NCBI GenBank assembly: GCA_039621445.1
Contig: CP154954.1
Span: 36,007,703-36,071,702, forward strand
Direction: 5' to 3'
DNA length: 64,000 bases
From: Euglena gracilis
Lineage: Eukaryota
Position numbers and translations under genes: made by a program. This document shows, in pieces, positions 54,101-64,000 of the stretch (within the stretch, counting starts at the first letter, position 1; every line of letters starts with the position of its first letter). Below the pieces are notes generated by a model. It saw only the letters and a program-made list of their open reading frames with translations. It made no database searches and was not told where the DNA came from.

Positions 54101-57100
54101 TTCCAGGAGGAAACACATGCAGCGGGAATGTTGGTTTTAAGAAATGAGCACATTTAGATGGGTGCATTCGACCCCGGGGGGACATTTACCAGGTCAACCC
54201 AGGTTACCATGTAAAAATGGACCAAATTGGGCCTTACTCCAAGTAACCGAATGGGTTTTCCAGGTTGTCACCAAAACCAGGGGATACGTTGGTTTCATGA
54301 TTGTCGTGGTGTAATGGTAAGAAAAACATGCAGCGGGAATGTTGGTTGAAAGAAATGAGCACACTTAGATGGGTGCATTCGACCCCGGGGGCACATTTAC
54401 CAGGTCATCCCAGGTTACCATGTAAAAATGGACCAAATTGGGCCTTACTCCGAGTAACCGAATGGGTTTTTCAGGCCGCCTCCAAAACCAGGGGACACGT
54501 TGGTTTCATGATTGTCGTGGTGTAATGGTAAGAAAAACATGCAGCGGGAATGTTGGTTGAAAGAAATGAGCACATTTAGATGGGTGCATTCGACCATTCC
54601 GGGGGACATTTAATAGGTCAGCCCAGGTTACCATGTAAAAATGGACCAAATTGGGGCTTACTCCGAGTAACGGATTGGGTGTTCCAGGAGGCCTCCAAAG
54701 TCAGGGGACCCGTTGGTTTAATGATTGTCGTGGTTTAATGGTAAGAAAAACATGCAGCGGGAATGTTGGTTGCAAGAAATGAGCACATTTAGATGGGTGC
54801 ATTCGACCCCGGGGGGACATTTAACAGGTCATCCCAGGTTACCATGTAAAAATGGACCAAATTGGGCCTTACTCCGTGTAACCGAATGGGTGTTCCAGGA
54901 CAACGCCAAAGTCAGGGGACACGTTGGTTTCATGATTGTCGTGGTTTAATGGTAAGAAAAACATGCAGCGGGAATGTTGGTTGAAAAGAAATGAGCACAT
55001 TTAGATGGGTGCATTCGACCCCGGGGGAACATTTACCAGGTCATCCCAGGTTACCATGTAAAAATGGACCAAATTGGGGCTTACTCCGAGTAACGGAATG
55101 GGTGTTCCAGGAGGCCTCCAAAGTCAGGGGACCCGTTGGTTTCATGACTGTCGTGGTTTAATGGTAAGAAAAACATGCAGCGGGAATGTTGGTTGGAAGA
55201 AATGAGCACATTTAGACGGGTGCATTCGACCATTCCGGGGGACATTTACCAGGTCAGCCCAGGTTGTAAAAATGGACCAAATTGGGGCTTACTCCGAGTA
55301 ACCGAATGGGTGTTCCACGAAGCCTCCAAAGTCAGGGGACCCGTTGGTTTCAGGATTATCGTGGTTTAATGGTAAGAAAAACATGCAGCGGGAATGTTGC
55401 TTGCAAGAAATGAGCACATTTAGATGGGTGCATTCGACCATTCCGGGGGACATTTACCAGGTCAGCCCAGGTTACCATGTAAAAATGGACCGAATTGGTC
55501 CTTACTCCGAGTAACCGAATGGGTGTTCCAGGAGGCCTCCAAAGTCAGGGGACCCGTTGGTTTCATGATTGTCGTTGTTTAAATGGCAAGAAAAACATGC
55601 AGCGGGAATGTTGGTTGCAAGAAATGAGCACATTTAGGTGGGTGCATTCGACCATTCCGGGGGACATTTACCAGGGCAGCCCAGGTCACCATGTAAAATT
55701 GGACCAAATTGGGCCTTACTCCGAGCTACCGAATTGGTGTTCCAGGCCGCCTCCAAAGTCAGGGGACCCGTTGGTTTCAGGATTATCGTGGTTTAATGGT
55801 TAGAAAAACATGCAGCGGGAATGTTGATTGCAAGAAATGAGCACATTTAGGTGGGTGCATTCCACCATTCCGGGAGACATTTACCAGGGCAGCCCAGGTC
55901 ACCATGTAAAAATGGACCAAATTGGGCCATACTCCGAGCTACCGAATGGGTGTTCCAGGCCGCCTCCAAAGTCAGGGGACCCGTTGGTTTCAGGATTATC
56001 GTGGTTTAATGGTAAGAAAAACATGCACCGGGAATGTTGGTTGCAAGAAATGAGCACATTTAGATGGGTGCATTCGACCGTTCCGGGGGACATTTACCAG
56101 GTCAGCCCAGGTTACCATGTAAAAATGGACCAAATTGGGCCTTGCTCCGAGTAACCGAATGGGTGTTCCAGGAGGCCGCCAAAATCAAGGGGACCCGTTG
56201 GTTTCATGATTGTTGTGGTGTAATGGTAAGAACAACATGCAGCGGGAATGTTGGTTGCAAGAGACCAGCACATTTAGATGGGTGCATTCGACCATTCCGG
56301 GGGACATTTGCCAGGTCAGCCCAGGTTACCATGTAAAAATGGACCAAATTGGGCCTTGCTCCGAGTAACCGAATGGGTGTTCCAGGAGGCCTCCAAAATC
56401 AGGGGACCCGTTGGTTTCATGATTGTCGTGGTGTAATGGTAAGAACAACATGCAGCGGGAATGTTGGTTGCAAGGTATCAGCACATTTAGATGGGTTCAT
56501 TCGGACACTCCGGGGGACATTTACCAGGTCAGCCCAGGTTACCATGTAAAAATGGACCAAATTGGGCCTTACTCCAGAGTAACCGAATGGGTGTTCCAGG
56601 AGGCCTCCAATGTCAGGGGACCCGTTGGTCTCATGATTGTCGTGGTTCAATGGTAAGAAATACATGCAGCAGGAATGTTAGTTGCAAGAAATGAGCACAT
56701 TTAGATGGGTGCATTCGACCATTCCGGGGGACATTTACCAGGTCAGCCCAGGTTACCAAGTAAAAATGGACCAAATTGTGCCTTACTCCGAGTAACCGAA
56801 TGGGTGTTCCAGGAGGCCTCCAAAGTCAGGGGCCCCGTTTGTTTCATGATTGTAGTGGTTTAATGGTAAGAAAAACATGCAGCGGGAATGTTGGTTGCAA
56901 GAAATGTGCCCATTTAGATGGCTGCATTCGATTATTCCGGGGGACATTTACCAGGTCAGCCCAGGTTACCATGTAAAAATGGACCAAAATGGGCCTTACT
57001 CCGAGTTACTGAATGGGCGTTCCAGGAGGCCTCCAAAGTCAGGGGACCCGTTGGTTTCATGATTTTCGTGGTCTAATGGTAAGAAGGACATGCAGCGGGA

Positions 57101-60100
57101 ATGCTGCTTGCAAGAATCCAGCACATTTAGGCGGGTGCATTCGACCATTCCGGGGGACATTTACCAGGTCAGCCCAGGTTACCATGTAAAAATGGACCAA
57201 ATTGTGCCTTACTCCGAGTAACCGAATGGGTGTTCCAGGAGGCCTCCAAAGTCAGGGGCCCCGTTTGTTTCATGATTGTAGTGGTTTAATGGTAAGAAAA
57301 ACATGCAGCGGGAATGTTGGTTGCAAGAAATGAGCACATTTAGATAGGTGCATTCGACCACTCCGGGGGACATTTACCAGGTCAGCCCAGGTTACCATGT
57401 AAAAATGGACCAAATGGGGCCTTACTCCAGAGTAACCGAATGGGTGTTCCAGGAGGCCTCCAATGTCAAGAGACCCGTTGGTTCCATGATTGTGGTGGTT
57501 TAATGGTAAGTAAAACATGCAGCGGGAATGTTGATTGCAAGAAATGTGCCCATTTAGATGGCTGCATTCGATTATTCCCGGGGACATTTACCAGGTCAGC
57601 CCAGGTTACCATGTAAAAATGGACCAAAATGGGCCTTCCTCCGAGTTACTGAATGGGTGTTCCAGGAGGCCTCCAAAGTCAGGGGACCCGTTGGTTTCAT
57701 GATTGTCGTGGTCTAAAGGTAAGAAGGACATGCAGCGGGAATGCTGCTTGCAAGAAACCAGCACATTTAGGCGGGTGCATTCGACCATTCCGGGGGACAT
57801 TTACCAGGTCAGCCCAGGTTACCATGTAAAAATGGACCAAATTGTGCCTTACTCCGAGTAACCGAATGGGTGTTCCAGGAGGCCTCCAAAGTCAGGGGAC
57901 CCGTTGGTTTCATGATTGTCGTGGTCTAATGGTAAGAAGGACATGCAGCGGGAATGCTGCTTGCAAGAAACCAGCACATTTAGGCGGGTGCATTCGACCA
58001 TTCCGGGGGACATTTACCAGGTCAGCCCAGGTTACCATGTAAAAATGGACCAAAATGGGCCTTACTCCGAGTAACGGAATGGGTGTTCCAGGAGGCCTCC
58101 AAAGTCAGGGGAACCGTTGGTTTCATGATTGTCGTGGTTTAATGGTAAGAAAAACATGCAGCGGGAATGTTGGTTGCAAGAAATGAGCACATTTAGATGG
58201 ATGCATTCGACCGTTCCGGGGGATATTTACCAGGTCAGCCCAGGTTACCATGTAAAAATGGACCAAAATGGGCCTTAATCCAAGTAACCGAATGGGTGTT
58301 CCAGGAGGCCTCCAAAGTCAGGGGACCCGTTGGTTTCATGATTTTCGTGGTTTAATGGTAAGAAAAACAAGCAGCGGGAATGTTGGTTGCAAGAAATGAG
58401 CACATTTAAAGGAATGCGTTCGACCGTTCCGGGGGACATTTACCAGGTCAGCCCAGGTTACCGTGTAAAAATGCACCAAAATGGGCCTTACTCCGAGTAA
58501 CCGAATGTGTGTTCCAGGAGGCCTCCAAAGTCAGGGGACCCGTTGGTTTCATGATTGTTGTGGTGTAATGGTAAGAACAACATGCAGCGGGAATGTTGGT
58601 TGCAAGAGATCAGCACATTTAGATGGGTGCATTCGACCATTCCGGGGGACATTTGCCAGGTCAGCCCAGGTTACCATGTAAAAATGGACCAAATTGGGCC
58701 TTACTCCGAGTAACCGAATGGGTGTTCCAGGAGGCCTCCAAAGTCAGGGGACCCGTTGGTTTCATGATTGTTGTGGTGTAATGGTAAGAACAACATGCAG
58801 CGGGAATGTTGGTTGCAAGAGATCAGCACATTTAGATGGGTGCATTCGACCATTCCGGGGGACATTTGCCAGGTAAGCCCAGGTTACCATGTAAAAATGG
58901 ACCAAATGGGCCTTGCTCCGAGTAACCGAATGGGTGTTCCAGGAGGCCTCCAAAGTCAGGGGACCCGTTGGTTTCATGATTGTCGTGGTGTAATGGTAAG
59001 AACAACATGCAGCGGGAATGTTGGTTGCAAGAGATCAGCACATTTAGATGGGTGCATTCGACCATTCCGGGGGACATTTACCAGGTCAGCCCAGGTTACC
59101 ATGTAAAAATGGACCAAATTGGGCCTTGCTCCGAGTAACCGAATGGGTGTTCCAGGAGGCCGCCAAAGTCAGGGGACCCGTTGGTTTCATGATTGTCGTG
59201 GTGTAACGGTAAGAAAAACATGCAGCGGGAATGTTGGTTGCAAAAAATGAGCACAATTAGATGGATGCATTCGGACACTCCGGGGGACATTTGCCAGGTC
59301 AGCCCAGGTTACCATGTAAAAATGGACCAAATTGGGCCTTGCTCCAGAGTAACCGAATGGGTGTTCCAGGAGGCCTCCAATGTCAGGGGACCCGTTTGTT
59401 TCATGATTGTAGTGGTTTAATGGTAAGAAAAACATGCAGCGGGAATGTTGGTTGCAAGAAATGTGCCCATTTAGATGGCTGCATTCGATTATTCCGGGGG
59501 ACATTTACCAGGTCAGCCCAGGTTACCAGGTAAAAATGGACCAAATTGTGCCTTACTCCGAGTAACCGAATGGGTGTTCCAGGAGGCCTCCAAAGTCAGG
59601 GGCCCCGTTTGTTTCATGATTGTAGTGGTTTAATGGTAAGAAAAACATGCAGCGGGAATGTTGGTTGCAAGAAATGTGCCCATTTAGATGGCTGCATTCG
59701 ATTATTCCGGGGGACATTTACCAGGTCAGCCCAGGTTACCATGTAAAAATGGACCAAAATGGGCCTTACTCCGAGTTACTGAATGGGCGTTCCAGGAGGC
59801 CTCCAAAGTCAGGGGACCCGTTGGTTTCATGATTGTAGTGGTCTAATGGTAAGAAGGACATGCAGCGGGAATGCTGCTTGCAAGAAACCAGCACATTTAG
59901 GCGGGTGCATTCGACCATTCCGGGGGACATTTACCAGGTCAGCCCAGGTTACCATGTAAAAATGGACCAAATTGTGCCTTATTCCGAGTAACCGAATGGG
60001 TGTTCCAGGAGGCTTCCAAAATCAGGGGCCCCGTTTGTTTCATGATTGTAGTGGTTTAATGGTAAGAAAAACATGCAGCGGGAATGTTGGTTGCAAGAAA

Positions 60101-62457
60101 TGAGCACATTTAGATGGGTACATTCGACCACTCCGGGGGACATTTACCAGGTCAGCCCAGGTTACCATGTAAAAATGGACCAAATGGGGCCTTACTCCAG
60201 AGTAACCGAATGGGTGTTCCAGGAGGCCTCCAATGTCAAGAGACCCGTTGGTTCCACGATTGTGGTGGTTTAATGGTAAGTAAAACATGCAGCGGGAATG
60301 TTGATTGCAAGAAATGTGCCCATTTAGATGGCTGCATTCGATTATTCCCGGGGACATTTACCAGGTCAGCCCAGGTTACCATGTAAAAATGGACCAAAAT
60401 GGGCCTTACTCCGAGTTACTGAATGGGTGTTCCAGGAGGCCTCCAAAGTCAGGGGACCCGTTGGTTTCATGATTGTCGTGGTCTAAAGGTAAGAAGGACA
60501 TGCAGCGGGAATGCTGCTTGCAAGAAACCAGCACATTGAAGGCGGGTGCATTCGACCATTCCGGGGGACATTTACCAGGTCAGCCCAGGTTACCATGTAA
60601 AAATGGACCAAATTGTGCCTTACTCCGAGTAACCGAATGGGTGTTCCAGGAGGCCTCCAAAGTCAGGGGACCCGTTGGTTTCATGATTGTCGTGGTCTAA
60701 TGGTAAGAAGGACATGCAGCGGGAATGCTGCTTGCAAGAAACCAGCACATTTAGGCGGGTGCATTCGACCATTCCGGGGGACATTTACCAGGTCAGCCCA
60801 GGTTACCATGTAAAAATGGACCAAAATGGGCCTTACTCCGAGTAACGGAATGGGTGTTCCAGGAGGCCTCCAAAGTCAGGGGAACCGTTGGTTTCATGAT
60901 TGTCGTGGTTTAATGGTAAGAAAAACATGCAGCAGGAATGTTGGTTGCAAGAAATGAGCACATTTAGATGGATGCATTCGACCGTTCCGGGGGACATTTG
61001 CCAGGTCAGCCCAGGTTACCATGTAAAAATGGACCAAATTGGGCCTTGCTCCGAGTAACCGAGTGGGTGTTCCAGGAGGCCTCCAAAATCAGGGGACCCG
61101 TTGGTTTCATGATTGTCGTGGTGTAATGGTAAGAACAACATGCAGCGGGAATGTTGGTTGCAAGGTATCAGCACATTTAGATGGGTGCATTCGACCATTC
61201 CGGGGGACATTTACCAGGTCAGCCCAGGTTACCATGTAAAAATGGACCAAATTGGGCCTTACTCCGAGTAACCGAATGGGTGTTCCAGGAGGCCTCCAAA
61301 GTCAGGGGACCCGTTGGTTTCATGATTGTCGTGGTTTAATGGTAAGAAAAACATGCAGCGGGAATGTTGGTTGCAAGAAATGAGCACATTTAGATGGGTG
61401 CATTCGACCATTCCGGGGGACATTTACCAGGTCAGCCCAGGTTACCATGTAAAAATGGACCAAAATGGGCCTTACTCCGAGTAACCGAATGGGTGTTCCA
61501 GGAGGCCTCCAAAGTCAGGGGACCCGTTGGTTTCATGATTGTCGTGGTTTAATGGTAAGTAAAACATGCAGCGGGAATGTTGGTTGCAAGAAATGTGCCC
61601 ATTTAGATGGCTGCATTCGATTATTCCGGGGGACATTTACCAGTTCAGGGGACCCGTTGGTTTCATTTACCATGTTCCATTTACCAGGTCAGGCCTCCAA
61701 AGTCAGGGGACCCGTTGGTTTCATGATTTTCGTGGTTTAATGGTAAGAAAAACAAGCAGCGGGAATGTTGGTTGCAAGAAATGAGCACATTTAAAGGAAT
61801 GCGTTCGACCGTTCCGGGGGACATTTACCAGGTCAGCCCAGGTTACCGTGTAAAAATGCACCAAAATGGGCCTTACTCCGAGTAACCGAATGTGTGTTCC
61901 AGGAGGCCTCCAAAGTCAGGGGACCCGTTGGTTTCATGATTGTCGTGGTTTAATGGTAAGAAAAACATGCAGCGGGAATGTTGGTTGCAAGAAATGAGCA
62001 CATTTAGATGGGTGCGTTCGACCGTTCCGGGGGACATTTACCAGGTCAGCCAAGGTTACAATGTAAAAATGGACCAAAATGGGCCTTACTCCGAGTAACC
62101 GAATGGGTGTTCCAGGAGGCCTCCAAAGTCAGGGGACCCGTTGGTTTCATGATTTTTGTGGTTTAATGGTAAGAAAAACATGCAGCGGGAATGTTGGTTG
62201 CAAGAAATGAGCACATTTAGATGGGTGCGTTCGACCGTTCCGGGGGACATTTACCAGGTCAGCCAAGGTTACAATGTAAAAATGGACCAAAATGGGCCTT
62301 ACTCCGAGTAACCGAATGGGTGTTCCAGGAGGCCTCCAAAGTCAGGGGACCCGTTGGTTTCATGATTGTCGTGGTTTAATGGTAAGAAACACACGCAGCG
62401 GGAATGTTGGTTGCAAGAAACCAGCACATTTAGATGGGTGCGTTCGACCGTTCCGGG
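42104..62457 (+). repeat. 213-bp satellite, forward orientation, ~96 monomers
   Basis: Same monomer with distinct variant sets. Confidence 0.98.
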
Positions 62458-62678
62458 TGTGAGTCAGGGGTGCTGAGTGCCCAAAACAACATAACCTAAC
62501 CCAACCCAACCTGATGACTCTGCAGTTAGGATTAGGAAAATCTTATTAGGAATTATTAGCAGCTGACCCCATTTGTCTGCACAGGGCTCTGTCTTGTGTT
62601 TGTCTGTTTCAAGTTCAAGAATTGAATTATATTGGTGGCAATTATCATTCTTACCTGGACATTTCGTGGTTCATTACA
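62458..62678 (+). mobile_element. Probable 5' LTR (~221 bp, TGT...ACA) of a second LTR retrotransposon family inserted in satellite
   Basis: Satellite stops mid-monomer (ttccggg|TGTGAG). ...TCATTACA is followed by t-TGGTGCTGG (PBS-like) and a long ORF. The second LTR is outside the window, so the boundary is inferred. Confidence 0.65.
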
Positions 62679-62679
62679 T

Positions 62680-62695
62680 TGGTGCTGGATTTGGA
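62680..62695 (+). promoter_or_regulatory. Putative primer-binding site (TGGTGCTGGATTTGG); tRNA not assigned
   Basis: TGG lies one base after the CA end of the putative LTR. Confidence 0.5.
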
Positions 62696-62812
62696 ATTGC
62701 TGAATTGCTTGTATTGTGCTATTGGTCTTGTGGATTTTTTTATCAAAAAGGAAAGGTGTGAGCCAACCAACCCACCTGTTTTCATCAAAAAAACCCACCA
62801 AAAACAAAGAAA

Positions 62813-64000
62813 ATGCAATTTTTGAAACAGGCCGCGAGGGGAATTGAAAACACCCTGGGCAGGGCTAAAGATCCTACGCAACGGGGTGCCGGCCCCGAGG
62901 AACTGGAAACCCCAGGGCGGGCACCACGAATACAACATGGTCGCAGAGGTAGACTGCCCATTTTTGATTCCCCTCCGACATGCGGCTACGAACAAGAAAC
63001 TGAAAAACGACAAGAAACTGCAAAAACTGACGCTGACATGCCTGCTGCCTCAACTGCCATCGCTAGGATGGTGGAGCCGGCGGATGGCTGCCCAGCCCCG
63101 AACCAAACACTGGATGTGCCAACTGCCTTAACCGCCATCGTTAGGGTGGTGGAGCAGGCGGATGGCTTCCCAGCCCTGAACCAAACACTGGAAATGCCAG
63201 CTGCCTTAACCGCCATCGTTAGGGTGGTGGAGCCGGCAGATGGTTTTGCCGCCATGTACCAATCACTGGACAGCAACAGGTGGACTGAAACTGAACAAAA
63301 CGGCACAGACATTACAGTGCCACAGACATGCAATGACAGCCCACGTGTCATTGCCATGGTGCACATGGACCAGGACGACACCGAACAGACCGGTCCAGCA
63401 CCAGATTACACAGAACTGGACGAAAACAACGAACCGTACTTCGACGAACAGGTGTTTGCACCACAAAACTGGTACCAACAGCCAGAAACGGACACTCAGA
63501 ACGACCAAAGCTGGCAAACCGCAACAGCACAGCAACCAGGAACCCAGAGTTTTGCACTGGTGGCGGTACGACAGAGCCCGGAACAACCAGACCGCCTCCA
63601 GGGTGAAACTGAAACTTCGTACCAGGAACCGTCGTACAGCTCGTACGAGATTCCAGAGCCGGAACCACAGAACCAGAACACTGACTGGGACTGGTGGTCA
63701 AACTTTGCGTACGAAACTGGACAGCTGACCCAGGAATTTCAACAGTTCAGACACAACACTGAACAGACGAATCAGCAAACGGCAGAAACACTGCAGCAGC
63801 TGCAACAAACAACGACGGAGTGGGTCAGCGAACTGCACGCAACAGTCAACAGACAGGGTGAAGCACTCATGTCAGAAATAAACGGCAGACACGAAGAACT
63901 GACGACAGTCCTGGCAACAACCCAAGCAAACATGGAACAGGTGACCGTCAACCAGAACAGGCTGTACCAGGAACATTTTAACGGAATGTCACAGCAGATC
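62813..64000 (+). CDS. Uninterrupted ORF (396 codons, open at window end), probable Gag-like N-terminus; Q/E/T-rich with a coiled-coil-like end
   Basis: Hand translation MQFLKQAARGIENTLGRAKDPTQ...LYQEHFNGMSQQI has no stop. It is absent from the ORF track, presumably because it runs off the window. Gag call is from position after LTR/PBS only. Confidence 0.7.
   Translation, partial: MQFLKQAARGIENTLGRAKDPTQRGAGPEELETPGRAPRIQHGRRGRLPIFDSPPTCGYEQETEKRQETAKTDADMPAASTAIARMVEPADGCPAPNQTLDVPTALTAIVRVVEQADGFPALNQTLEMPAALTAIVRVVEPADGFAAMYQSLDSNRWTETEQNGTDITVPQTCNDSPRVIAMVHMDQDDTEQTGPAPDYTELDENNEPYFDEQVFAPQNWYQQPETDTQNDQSWQTATAQQPGTQSFALVAVRQSPEQPDRLQGETETSYQEPSYSSYEIPEPEPQNQNTDWDWWSNFAYETGQLTQEFQQFRHNTEQTNQQTAETLQQLQQTTTEWVSELHATVNRQGEALMSEINGRHEELTTVLATTQANMEQVTVNQNRLYQEHFNGMSQQI
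63038..63271 (+). repeat. 3 x 78-bp in-frame tandem repeat (26 aa)
   Basis: MPAASTAIARMVEPADGCPAPNQTLD / VPTALTAIVRVVEQADGFPALNQTLE / MPAALTAIVRVVEPADGFAAMYQSLD. Confidence 0.9.

Noticed and set aside
6844-61784. Numerous 60-170 aa ORFs (MGLTPSNRMG...) within the satellite blocks
   Set aside because: They are translations of the satellite (213 is divisible by 3), with recurring stops and indels and no coding constraint.
62480-62535. Telomere-like repeats (AACCTAACCCAACCC, TTAGG)
   Set aside because: Too short and irregular, and inside the putative LTR.

Overview
Eukaryotic repeat-rich (satellite/heterochromatin-type) DNA with no recognisable host gene. About 49 kb is a 213-bp tandem satellite in three blocks (6563-22835 +, 29682-42107 -, 42104-62457 +) with local higher-order repeats. 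The rest is LTR retroelements. Two degraded copies of one family (X and Y) have ~411-419-bp LTRs, a tRNAiMet-like PBS, a long Gag-like ORF with two CCHC zinc knuckles, and no detectable pol. The 5' end of a second LTR family lies at 62458-64000. The apparent long inverted repeats resolve into one history: Y inserted into the satellite, X inserted antisense into Y's gag (5-bp TSD CATAG), then a single ~23.1-kb inversion (6563-29681) split X, Y and the array. All satellite ORFs are spurious. All comparisons were made by eye.
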